Origin: a virus
Direction: 5' to 3' (one strand)
DNA: 64,000 nucleotides
Virus record (IMG/VR): IMGVR_UViG_3300025151_000022
Coordinates: 1-64,000 of that record
Of this stretch, positions 7,448 to 17,026 are shown one piece after another. The translations under genes were made by a program, and so were the position numbers. The notes below the pieces were generated by a model, which saw only the letters and a program-made list of their open reading frames with translations, made no database searches and was not told where the DNA came from. Position 1 is the stretch's first letter, and every line of letters starts with the position of its first letter.

Positions 7448-7469
7448 GGACACTTTAGAGGCTTCAGAT
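7448..7469 (-). repeat. 22-bp promoter-like repeat, copy 5 (ATCTGAAGCCTCTAAAGTGTCC)
   Basis: CTGAAG-N17-TTATAT. Confidence 0.8.
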
Positions 7470-7474
7470 ACTAT

Positions 7475-8146
7475 TCAGGTCAGATAATTAAAGAACCAAG
7501 TATCGATTTCTATTTCATCATTATTCGATGATATACCATCATTATTTTTTTCATATCTTATACGTATCAGCATTTCTGAATCTCCTCTATCTCCTATATC
7601 ATAATCATAATCGTTATTGTATTGAATTAATAAGTCGGAAACATTAGTCTTCAAATTCTTGCTAAAGCTGAAGAGTTGCGAACCGCTGAAGTTCGATGAT
7701 ATTGCATACCACTTCAGATCAGAGTCAGAATATTGACTAATAGGGGCAGTCCACTTAGGTTGATTAATTCTTTGTTTCGATCCTGCACTAACATGTATTC
7801 GACCAACGTCTTGGCCAGTTTGACTAGAAGGTCGTATTGCCGATCCTAATGTACAAAATTTATTTACCGCAAAATATATGTAACCTGTACTACCATGATC
7901 TTTATTTGTACTGGAGAATTGCCGTGCTCTATTATTATAGGTAATCATTGAACCATCACCAGCATAGCTTGGTGTCTCCCAATCAACCGTCTCTACAAGT
8001 CTAATTTTTAACGGAACCTCTGGTAGTGGAAGAGATCTTCCTACATCAATCGAACTAGAAAAAGATCTCATATTTCCATCTAGAACTGCTTTTTGCTGTC
8101 CGAGATTAATTTTAGTCGAAAATGGTCTTGATCTGATGGGTGACAT
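7475..8146 (-). CDS. Hypothetical protein, probably late/virion-associated
   Basis: ORF track; ATAAATA late-type motif at 8173-8179 upstream. Confidence 0.65.
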   Translation of the reverse strand: MSPIRSRPFSTKINLGQQKAVLDGNMRSFSSSIDVGRSLPLPEVPLKIRLVETVDWETPSYAGDGSMITYNNRARQFSSTNKDHGSTGYIYFAVNKFCTLGSAIRPSSQTGQDVGRIHVSAGSKQRINQPKWTAPISQYSDSDLKWYAISSNFSGSQLFSFSKNLKTNVSDLLIQYNNDYDYDIGDRGDSEMLIRIRYEKNNDGISSNNDEIEIDTWFFNYLT

Positions 8147-8175
8147 TTTAAAATATTTTGGATCTTTGAATATAT

Positions 8176-9036
8176 TTATTCTTGGTTTGGTACTTTTCCA
8201 TTTTCACAAAATCTGCATAGGTCAAAGCAAGTATTCATTTTTGGTACAACATCTTCATACTCTTGCTCAAATAAATTCCCAAGAATATGCTTTAGTCCAT
8301 AATCCATACAACATAAAGAAACATCACCATTGGGCAACATGACATTGTGATATAGTTCTTCTACACATCCGCATGTCATATCCTTCTCTCCGTGATATAC
8401 CGACTTCCATTCATCTTTTCTATTCATCAATTCTGGTTTTAGAATTGCCTCGTGAAAAAGATTTCCAGACCTCGACCACATTTGAGACTGAGTTGGGTTG
8501 TCCCAAAGGTGCATTACTCTTTGATGGGGTTTTCCCATACACATAACATTAAAATTGCGATGAAGTTCTCCTCTTCTCCATGTCATGTAAATTGTTTCAA
8601 GTAAATTGATGTACTTATCAGTAATTGGATGTTTTGCTCTTAAATCATCATCAGGTACATGTAAAGTAAATCCACCATTTGGTTGTCCTGCCCAAGGAAT
8701 ATGTTTTATTCTATTCCAATCTCTTACTGTCATACCAATTCCAGTTGTAAATACTGAAACATCATGCCCTTTTTCGGATGCATAGAGAATCATATCAGTA
8801 CAACGTGGATTTAAAAAAGGTTCAGTAAATCCAGCAAAAGTAACTCTTATTTCTTGTGGTAGTTTGTCAATTACCTGCTTAAATTCAGTTAATTCAAGAA
8901 ATTTTTTACCTTTATATGATCCCTGTAAGGTTCTCTGTGGACAATAAACACAATCAACGACGCATCCAGTTTTAACGTCGATTGAAGTTGTAAATTCTAA
9001 AGTTGGACAATCTGTAACCGACCAAGGTTTATTCAT
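8176..9036 (-). CDS. Radical SAM protein with SPASM/Twitch domain
   Basis: CVVDCVYC (CxxxCxxC), FAGFTEP (GGE-like motif); C-terminal C...GDVSLCC...GN...CDLCRFC. Confidence 0.9.
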   Translation of the reverse strand: MNKPWSVTDCPTLEFTTSIDVKTGCVVDCVYCPQRTLQGSYKGKKFLELTEFKQVIDKLPQEIRVTFAGFTEPFLNPRCTDMILYASEKGHDVSVFTTGIGMTVRDWNRIKHIPWAGQPNGGFTLHVPDDDLRAKHPITDKYINLLETIYMTWRRGELHRNFNVMCMGKPHQRVMHLWDNPTQSQMWSRSGNLFHEAILKPELMNRKDEWKSVYHGEKDMTCGCVEELYHNVMLPNGDVSLCCMDYGLKHILGNLFEQEYEDVVPKMNTCFDLCRFCENGKVPNQE

Positions 9037-9056
9037 AATACTCTCATGTCTAGGGG

Positions 9057-11009
9057 TTATTTAGTGTCAAAGAAGAACATTTGCCACAATCTTCCATTAT
9101 TCATATTTGATCCAAAGTATTCTGAAGCAGAATGAATGTTGCTGGCATCAAAAATGAAAAGACGATTGTAAACATTTCCGCAAACATCTACCTTTTCAAA
9201 ATGAGTTCCGTCACAATGAACTCCTCCTGAATATATTTCATTTGGATCTGGCGACCATGCATCTCCCCAACCTTGTTGGAAGAAATTTCTAGCTCTAGTT
9301 TTTTTATGTGCATATAAAGTAGTTCCACACTGATATGGAGCGTCTGGAGTTAGATATAACATTCCACCCCATTTTTGTGAGTCGCAATGATATGCAAGTG
9401 GTTCTCCACCAACTGCATTTTGAAATCTTCCATTCATATTATGTTCTTCCCATGCAGTTATTTCTTCTCCCATAATTTGTTCGAATTTTTCCTTCAATCC
9501 AGGAAATAGAAATTGCTCTGCACTTCTTCTTCCAATAAATCCTCTACCCCATCCACCTTCAAAATATTTTTGTTTAAGAGCAAAGTCTCTAACAGAGTTT
9601 GGGTCATCATAGAAATTATCAATAATCCACATAGTTTTTAGTTGTTGTGATCCATTGAATTCAAACTCCGTTTTTGTTGTGGTTACATCAATAATTTCAG
9701 CAAAAGTTTCTTCTTCATTTGATGCTTGTTGAATATTCACTAAATTAGAAAATGATGGTTCTCCTGGGAACATATAATCTTCTGCATATTTTGTTTTTCC
9801 ATCTACCAAAGTCATAGATGCTAATGCAGTTTTATCCACTAAATCTGGATGAACCCACCAGTCTTCAAAAGGACAGTTTTGGTCGGGGGAAATATTATCC
9901 GCAACTAAAACATATCCCTTTGATCTTAAGTACTCTCTAGACTTATCTCTATATGATTTTGTTGGATCTGCATAGTAGTCATGCTCATATGTAATAACTC
10001 TAAATTTATACTCTTCGAATGGTATTTTCATCAAAACATCATAAGTTGCATTTGGAGGATCAATATCTAATTGCAAATAGTCAATAGTTTTGTCTGCAAA
10101 CATCATACCAAGAAGTTGACTGTAATCAGTTTGCGTAGCATCTACACAAAACATTGTTGTGTTATGTCTTTGTGCTCTATATTCCTCTGCAAAATTTGAT
10201 TCTAATTCTAAAGATACTCCTGTCCAATCATATTCCAGTTCTAATAATGCAGTGTTATTTCCAAAGAAAGGTCTTGCCCCACCAACTTCTAAAAAGCAAC
10301 CGTTTCTTTTTCCATCAAGCATACAAAGGACGAATAAATCCTGATATACCTGTGCATAATTTTTTTCTAAAAGGTGTGATCCTAAAAATTTATATCTAAA
10401 TTTTTCATATTGGTCTTTTGTATATGGTAATGGATCATGCCAAGCAGTAGTTTTTTGAATTTCTTGTATATTTGTTTCTACTAACACTTTTTCTTCCTCC
10501 GTCAAATAATCTTTTTGGTTTAATGTATTGAATAATTTTGCTGCTTTTTGATGCTTTCCTGTCCACCAGGCACTATGCGCTTCTTCAATCTCGAAATATG
10601 TTTTTAAATTTCTAAAAGGTGTCTTATAAAATTTAAAATCTGGAGAATCAAAGTTGCAAATTTTTAATGCAAATTTACAATAGTTATGTGCAGATGAAAA
10701 ATTTTTTGCAGTTACATCCATGTCACATATTCTTTGATATGCTTCTGGTCTCTCTGATTTGGTTGACAATGCAAGTTCATACATGAATTTTGTATGAGTT
10801 TCTCTCTCACCTTGAGCAGCAAAGCAATCTCCCATGTGAATTAAACATTCATATGCTAAATCTAGATCACTGGTTCTATCTGCACATCTAAGAAAATATG
10901 TCACAGCAGCTGCTGTTTGATCTATTTTATAATATCTTACCGCAAGGTTGTAGTTAGTGATTGGATTTTCTGGATCAGCAAGATATTCGTGTAAAAATTT
11001 ATTTTCCAT
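9057..11009 (-). CDS. TPR + FkbM-family methyltransferase + DUF6445-like 2OG-Fe(II) oxygenase fusion
   Basis: N-terminal TPR helices (PEAY); QDLFV..FLEVGG..NNTALLE..W.G and IDYLQLDID (FkbM); IIDNFYDDP, YHCD, YNRLFIF..H..RLWQMFFFD (oxygenase). Confidence 0.85.
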   Translation of the reverse strand: MENKFLHEYLADPENPITNYNLAVRYYKIDQTAAAVTYFLRCADRTSDLDLAYECLIHMGDCFAAQGERETHTKFMYELALSTKSERPEAYQRICDMDVTAKNFSSAHNYCKFALKICNFDSPDFKFYKTPFRNLKTYFEIEEAHSAWWTGKHQKAAKLFNTLNQKDYLTEEEKVLVETNIQEIQKTTAWHDPLPYTKDQYEKFRYKFLGSHLLEKNYAQVYQDLFVLCMLDGKRNGCFLEVGGARPFFGNNTALLELEYDWTGVSLELESNFAEEYRAQRHNTTMFCVDATQTDYSQLLGMMFADKTIDYLQLDIDPPNATYDVLMKIPFEEYKFRVITYEHDYYADPTKSYRDKSREYLRSKGYVLVADNISPDQNCPFEDWWVHPDLVDKTALASMTLVDGKTKYAEDYMFPGEPSFSNLVNIQQASNEEETFAEIIDVTTTKTEFEFNGSQQLKTMWIIDNFYDDPNSVRDFALKQKYFEGGWGRGFIGRRSAEQFLFPGLKEKFEQIMGEEITAWEEHNMNGRFQNAVGGEPLAYHCDSQKWGGMLYLTPDAPYQCGTTLYAHKKTRARNFFQQGWGDAWSPDPNEIYSGGVHCDGTHFEKVDVCGNVYNRLFIFDASNIHSASEYFGSNMNNGRLWQMFFFDTK

Positions 11010-11991
11010 TTATAAAATCTCCCAATACTTTTTCTGGAATTTTAACAACATAAGCAGCGTTGTCTTGATATCCAAAAGTAATATAATAGTATCCTTTATG
11101 TTCACACATTCCACAACAAAATTCAATTTTTGCTCCCATAAAAGAAAAGATGGGAGACCTTTTAATTACATTCCAATCTTTATCCCAATAAGTTAATTGA
11201 TGGCGATACGTTCCATTTTTTCTATCAGTCTTACTTCTATACAAAACAGTTAGATGTTGAACTGCCAAATATCCATCTTTATAAGGAATTACTTGTGAAG
11301 CACCTCTAATGTCTTTGATTTTTGGTGAATTATCAAAAGTTCCATGGTATAAAGTTTTACATTGTATATTATTTTCTTCCTTTATATTAGCTTCTACAAC
11401 TTCAACGGGATTGCTCCATTTTATATACTGGAAAGGTCTATCCAAAATTGGCATCCAGTTTTTTTCACAATAACTATTATTTGGTGGAGGTGCTGGAATT
11501 CTAGATCTTTTTACTTCAGTTACTTTATCTCTTTGAATATCAATTTCTGATAATTCCATTCTTCCAGTGCCAATAGGATCAACATCTCTTCTGACACCTG
11601 TTAAGTAATATTTTCCATCCCATTTTACCAATCTACCATCTTCAAGACCGACAAATTCCCATAACGGTTCTTTGTCAAGAGAGGTAGTATCAACTCTTCG
11701 TACATTATCCAAAACCATATTGTCATCCAAGACGCCAATATAATTCGTAGTTCTTAAAGTTTTATCATCATCGGGGTTTAGATAAAGCAGAGGACCCCAA
11801 GGATGTTCATAATTATTGAGTTCTGAATGATATAAAGTATATTGACAATGGCGCACATTAACTAGTAGTGTGCCATTGTCATTTAAAATACTTGGATTAA
11901 ATAAACCCGTTCCGTTTGTGATTTCTGCTGGAATAATAAGAGGTTTAATAATCCCACCATTATCAATACAGTGTTTTACAAAATTCTCCAT
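10999..11991 (-). CDS. Five-bladed beta-propeller glycosidase/phosphorylase-like protein (GH43/GH130 clan-like)
   Basis: FNPSI, GLEDGRL, EKNWMP, IRGAS, IEFCCG and FGYQD motifs; start likely MENFVK. Confidence 0.75.
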   Translation of the reverse strand: MENFVKHCIDNGGIIKPLIIPAEITNGTGLFNPSILNDNGTLLVNVRHCQYTLYHSELNNYEHPWGPLLYLNPDDDKTLRTTNYIGVLDDNMVLDNVRRVDTTSLDKEPLWEFVGLEDGRLVKWDGKYYLTGVRRDVDPIGTGRMELSEIDIQRDKVTEVKRSRIPAPPPNNSYCEKNWMPILDRPFQYIKWSNPVEVVEANIKEENNIQCKTLYHGTFDNSPKIKDIRGASQVIPYKDGYLAVQHLTVLYRSKTDRKNGTYRHQLTYWDKDWNVIKRSPIFSFMGAKIEFCCGMCEHKGYYYITFGYQDNAAYVVKIPEKVLGDFINGK

Positions 11992-12026
11992 TAAAAAAAT
12001 CAATCAAACAAATCATTATACTGTAT

Positions 12027-15000
12027 TTATGCCTGAGATTCTGCCCAAGAAATTCTAGATGCAACCTGGAATGAAGAAGTAGAGTCAATTTCAGCGGTGT
12101 TAATAACCGATGCTGCGATTGTAATAATATCAGGACCATTGGGGAATACTCCATCTCCACCAAGAATAGAATTACCCAAATCAACTAATCCAGATAAATC
12201 AAATTGCGTCGAAGACACAAATCGTTTTCCAGCAGCGTCTTCAGAACCACCAGATGCTCTAAACTGATAGACGACTGTTCCTCCATCTACTGTATCGCCC
12301 GCTTCATGTGCAACATACTGAGAAAGTGATGGCGATCCAACATTTGCATAATTGAGATTACTTAAAGAACCGTTCAGAATGACACTAATATTAGCATCAT
12401 GAGAAACAGAAATGCCAAGTTCTCTCATCTTTAATTGCATTCGATTGATAATATCTCTTTCACCAAGGTCGCCAATAATATTATTATCAGCTGATGGAGC
12501 AAGTCTAACACTAATCAATGGAATATTAGAATTAAGATCAATTCCGGTGGTGCCGACCACTTGAGCACCAATGCTCACAGTTGTTCCTCCAGCAATTGAC
12601 GGATATGCTACTGGAGCACTATATCCACTAGAAATAAAGATATGGACATCGAAACTGGTACTACTATATGATGTATAATCAACTGGTTGTCCATTCAATA
12701 CATTATCGGCAGTAAACAGTGGAATACCTGTTTGGAACTTTGAACTATCACTAGTTGCAAATGGTATTTTAACATAGTAAGTTCTATACCTACCCCATCC
12801 ACTTGAAACCAGACTTGATGCTCCACCAGTTACGGCAGTAGCTGCGTCACCATTTGTAAATGTAAGTGTATTACCTGATGCCGTAAATAAGTAACTATCG
12901 TCATCATCAAAACCGCCATCCATAATTACAGATGTGCCCCAGTGGAACAATGATGGTATGTATGTAGGAGAAGCATCTTCATTGTATACTTCATACCTAG
13001 CTGGAACGTTTCCAGATCTCATATACGCTTCATTGAGTTTGTTATTATGAATAAACTCATGAACATACTTAACATGACCATAAGTATCTTTAAATCCAAA
13101 ACGAATCTTTCCAGCACCATACCAAGAATAATCCATGTATGCCATCTGAATCTTATTAACATCTAAAATATATCCAGAAGGACCAGTACCATCAGATTTA
13201 TCAATGTTCCACCTATGCTGTGGAACTCTTGTATCTACTGTTTTTGTAACAATAACTCCTCTATTTGATGTTCCTCTATATGCTGGTTGTACGTGTATCG
13301 AAGTATCTGATTCTATACTAGTAATTTTATAAGTTTGACCACGTATTACGACTCGATCTCCAGCTACTAAATTATCACTAAATTTGGTATTAGTGCCATT
13401 AATAATATTACTTTTGTTGACAACTTGAACTGTGCCTGGAATTTGTTGAACTGAAGATCTTCTTACACAATACAGATATTTTCCGTCATATTCAAAGAAG
13501 AATCCATTTTGGAAATCAAATAATCCAGCACGAATACCTGCATTCTTATATCCAGAAATAACATAATCAACAAATCCTTTTGGATTAGTTTGGACCACAC
13601 TTCCATTAGTAGTGTAACCAAATGTGAAATCTGTAGCAGATGTAACTTCAAAAGTTCCATTATATGCATTACTGGTGTCAATATGAGTAACTGCATTTGC
13701 ATCAGCACTAACAAAAGTATGTGCTCCAACATATGTTGAGGTGCCAACATCAACAACAAATGTATTTGTTGTCACTGACAAGACCTTAAGACGCTCTCTT
13801 TCACCAGCTGGGTCAGTGGAACGTGGATATGGATGGTTTGTTGCATGTGCATCTTTAGCACATGTAAATGTAATTGACTCTTCTTCAAGAGTTATAAATT
13901 CACCTTTTAAAATTCCATGACCATTAACGGTGATGGTTAAAAGTCCAGTTGATGAATCATATGTAGCATCGGTGGGTGTAAGTGATATGTGCTCTTCTGT
14001 TCCGGTAATAGTAACAGTGTCTCCAGAGGTTAATCCATGAGGATATTCTGTTGTTGCGGTTGCATTTGTTCCGCTTCCTGTTATAGAAAGAACTTGTCTT
14101 GATGGATTAAAGTTAATTGCCATCGAGCATTGAATGCCTTTACCTGACTGATATCTAAAGTATTTTCTAGTTTGTCTGACAATTTGAGAATCTGGTGAAC
14201 TTCCAGCAGTAATGTCAACTCCACCATCAAAAGGTCTATGAAGGAATGTTCCATCTGCTCTAACGTTGACTTTAGTGTCAACATAATGAGCTGCTCCAGT
14301 TGTAACAAATCCAACCCCACCATCTATAGCTAAAGACGTATCACTAACAATTGATGTAATCTCTCTACTAACATATTGGTTTACAGTTGAACCATAAGAA
14401 ACTATATTAAACCTATCTCCAATTTTATAAGTCGATGAGAATTTAGTAGAAGTTCCCTCTACAACTTTACTATCACTTGATGCTATTGAAATAGTTCCTG
14501 TAGATGCAACTCTTCCACTGATAGAGAATACCAATAGTTTATACGATGAAGATACTCCCTGAGTTCCAGTTATAGCATTTATGTTTCCTGTCCATTCACT
14601 TTGAGTTGATGCTAATTGTATATTATTTGCATCAACAACTATTGCATAATATTGATTTCCTCCAGTAAGACCCCCAGGAGCAGATCCACTAGTTATACTA
14701 TATGTAACGATAGATCCATTACTTAAACCATGACCATCAATGTTTATGTAATATTCACCACCATTTTCAATTACATTACTATTGGTAAATGCAAGTTCCC
14801 TAGCTGGTATTGTTCCAGACCCCTGTAGAGTAAATGAGGTTGCTGCAGATCCCGTTAATGCATAATAATCATCATGAACTCCAGCAACTTGTTCTGTTTC
14901 TATTAAAATAGGTCCTTGTCCACTACTCGTAAAATTAAAGGCATTATTATTAGCATCACTTAATGTAATTCTATTAGTACCTTTATTTGTAACAAAAGCT

Positions 15001-16985
15001 GTATTTTGATTTCCAGTACCAGTATTTTGCCATGAACCAAAAGCAATATTGTTAGCAACTTCAGATGCAATGTTACTTGCTATTTGAGCATATGTTAAAT
15101 ACGAAGCATTACTAGCTGCAAAGTAACTGCTGGTATAAGAAGTACTTCCATCATGATATGGAATTATGGTTTTTATGAGGTATGATCCACTATGTTGGTT
15201 ATATAACTGTGCTGTCAGTGGGTACGTACCATTCATATAATTCCATCTCCAATTCACACTATTTGAAAAATATCCCGACCAATTAGTATTTTCTAAGTGA
15301 ATGGTCATTCCAATGTAACCGGGCAATCCATATCTTGGATTATATTCTGCACAGTAATATGTGTATTGCCATCCATTAGATAAAATTTGTTTTGTTGTTT
15401 GTTGAGTTTGAACATCAAGAGGACGATAATTGGAAGTTCCTGCATACTGTGAATAATAATCAGTTTCTCTCCAAAGCGTCCTAGCTCCATTAGCCCATAA
15501 ATTGGGTTCTGGAATTTGATATATTGTTAAAGCATAAGGTAAACTTCCTAAGTATTCAAATGCACTAAACTTAGCGAGAAATACTCCATCCATAGATCCA
15601 CTGATTGGATCAACTCCAGCAGTTTTTGCGCCCAATGCTCCATAATCAACAACTTGACCTGTATAAAGTTGTGAAGGACTAAATGAATCTTGATTGAAAG
15701 TATAACTTGCTATGATTTGAGTACTATTCTGGTTGGATATACCAAGATAATTATCTTGGTAATAGTTGCCATAATGCCCATAGACCAACTGTTGATATTT
15801 GTTTGCTAATCCATTAGCAGTTATTTGTGTATAACTACCCCGAGAATAGTATAATAAGGTTGCAACACTATTTTCCATGGCAATGTACGCATCATTGCCA
15901 TCAGCATTGATCTGATCTTTAATAGCTTGGATGGCATTACTTGCATGAGTCCAAACATTGTTCAATGCTTCTTCGCCAGATGGTGGTGGAGCACCTGTAG
16001 CTGCGGTAGGTAATACACCTCCTACTTGTGCAGTTGCATATACTTTTTGACCCGTAAATAAATTATGATTTTCTAAGTATAAACTTTCATCTGTTGGATC
16101 AATTGTAGGAGATCCATCCGCAGCATTTGAAGATGTATTATTAAGTGTAAACTCTTTTTTACCTACAGTATTGCTGAGGTAAACACTAGTTCCATTGATG
16201 AGACCATGTTTGTAGTCTGTAGATATAGTTAGAGTGGATGGACTTGATCCATCAGTTTTTATCCCATCATATAAGTTAAAAACAATATCCGAACCTGTAA
16301 AGAAAGAACCAGGAATAATTGTTGTATATGCTGTTCTAATATCAGCAGATGTTGATTGAACAGCTCGTGCCTTGTATATAAATGAAGTCGATGATGCAAC
16401 TGTTGTTACAACATATTTTCCATTTGCAGTTCTTGAAGTTGTGCCTTGCACTTCAATTGGATCACCAACTGCTAAATCATGAGGAACTCCAGTAAATACT
16501 GTTATATAATTGGAACTTGCAATAGTTGTAACTCTATTAATTTTTCCAATAGATATACCAGATTCTCTAGTATATACAGAAGGAATATTATCTACTAATT
16601 CAATTGTTTCCCACTTAGTTGGTTGTAGACCATATTCAAAATCTGTATCAATCAAGTTTTGAGGATTTGAAACCCTCATTTTGTGAACTGGATCTAATAT
16701 AGATTCTCCAGGATCAATTTTATTTTCTTGTTCATCAACTAAAATTTGAATTTCATCACTATCACTCATTGAGGTAGTGTTGTATTCTAATGTAATTGTA
16801 GTTTCATTACTATCAGCATCATATGATGTAGTGCCTCCAGTATTGGCATCGGCAAAATTATAGATAATGGCACCATCGGTGACATTAGTAATCAGAATTA
16901 ACGTTCTGAGAGTAAATAACCCACTTATGGTGATTGTCTGTGCAGAAGCGTCAAATGCATAATTGTAGATTAATTTCTTTGCCAT
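12027..16985 (-). CDS. Large virion structural / tail-fibre protein (1652 aa)
   Basis: RQTRKYFRYQSGKG motif, repeated HGLxxGDxV beta-domains, S/T/G-rich; late promoter motif upstream. Confidence 0.8.
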   Translation of the reverse strand: MAKKLIYNYAFDASAQTITISGLFTLRTLILITNVTDGAIIYNFADANTGGTTSYDADSNETTITLEYNTTSMSDSDEIQILVDEQENKIDPGESILDPVHKMRVSNPQNLIDTDFEYGLQPTKWETIELVDNIPSVYTRESGISIGKINRVTTIASSNYITVFTGVPHDLAVGDPIEVQGTTSRTANGKYVVTTVASSTSFIYKARAVQSTSADIRTAYTTIIPGSFFTGSDIVFNLYDGIKTDGSSPSTLTISTDYKHGLINGTSVYLSNTVGKKEFTLNNTSSNAADGSPTIDPTDESLYLENHNLFTGQKVYATAQVGGVLPTAATGAPPPSGEEALNNVWTHASNAIQAIKDQINADGNDAYIAMENSVATLLYYSRGSYTQITANGLANKYQQLVYGHYGNYYQDNYLGISNQNSTQIIASYTFNQDSFSPSQLYTGQVVDYGALGAKTAGVDPISGSMDGVFLAKFSAFEYLGSLPYALTIYQIPEPNLWANGARTLWRETDYYSQYAGTSNYRPLDVQTQQTTKQILSNGWQYTYYCAEYNPRYGLPGYIGMTIHLENTNWSGYFSNSVNWRWNYMNGTYPLTAQLYNQHSGSYLIKTIIPYHDGSTSYTSSYFAASNASYLTYAQIASNIASEVANNIAFGSWQNTGTGNQNTAFVTNKGTNRITLSDANNNAFNFTSSGQGPILIETEQVAGVHDDYYALTGSAATSFTLQGSGTIPARELAFTNSNVIENGGEYYINIDGHGLSNGSIVTYSITSGSAPGGLTGGNQYYAIVVDANNIQLASTQSEWTGNINAITGTQGVSSSYKLLVFSISGRVASTGTISIASSDSKVVEGTSTKFSSTYKIGDRFNIVSYGSTVNQYVSREITSIVSDTSLAIDGGVGFVTTGAAHYVDTKVNVRADGTFLHRPFDGGVDITAGSSPDSQIVRQTRKYFRYQSGKGIQCSMAINFNPSRQVLSITGSGTNATATTEYPHGLTSGDTVTITGTEEHISLTPTDATYDSSTGLLTITVNGHGILKGEFITLEEESITFTCAKDAHATNHPYPRSTDPAGERERLKVLSVTTNTFVVDVGTSTYVGAHTFVSADANAVTHIDTSNAYNGTFEVTSATDFTFGYTTNGSVVQTNPKGFVDYVISGYKNAGIRAGLFDFQNGFFFEYDGKYLYCVRRSSVQQIPGTVQVVNKSNIINGTNTKFSDNLVAGDRVVIRGQTYKITSIESDTSIHVQPAYRGTSNRGVIVTKTVDTRVPQHRWNIDKSDGTGPSGYILDVNKIQMAYMDYSWYGAGKIRFGFKDTYGHVKYVHEFIHNNKLNEAYMRSGNVPARYEVYNEDASPTYIPSLFHWGTSVIMDGGFDDDDSYLFTASGNTLTFTNGDAATAVTGGASSLVSSGWGRYRTYYVKIPFATSDSSKFQTGIPLFTADNVLNGQPVDYTSYSSTSFDVHIFISSGYSAPVAYPSIAGGTTVSIGAQVVGTTGIDLNSNIPLISVRLAPSADNNIIGDLGERDIINRMQLKMRELGISVSHDANISVILNGSLSNLNYANVGSPSLSQYVAHEAGDTVDGGTVVYQFRASGGSEDAAGKRFVSSTQFDLSGLVDLGNSILGGDGVFPNGPDIITIAASVINTAEIDSTSSFQVASRISWAESQA

Positions 16986-17015
16986 TTATCAGAACACAGT
17001 CTTTTTGATTATTTT

Positions 17016-17022
17016 TATTTAT
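17016..17022 (-). promoter_or_regulatory. T4-type late promoter (ATAAATA)
   Basis: Intergenic; similar motifs at 12024, 26661, 28559, 30088, 39794, 55069, 56343 and 60850. Confidence 0.65.
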
Positions 17023-17026
17023 CGGA

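Noticed and set aside
394-7469. 22-bp repeats as a CRISPR array or integron attC sites
   Set aside because: Spacing is 1-2.4 kb and gene-filled, the repeat is not palindromic, and there is no cas gene or integrase in the window
394-7469. CTGAAG core equals the Eco57I recognition site, suggesting the local MTase targets it
   Set aside because: Nothing in the sequence gives the MTase specificity; the fixed 17-nt distance to a -10 element is better explained by promoter geometry
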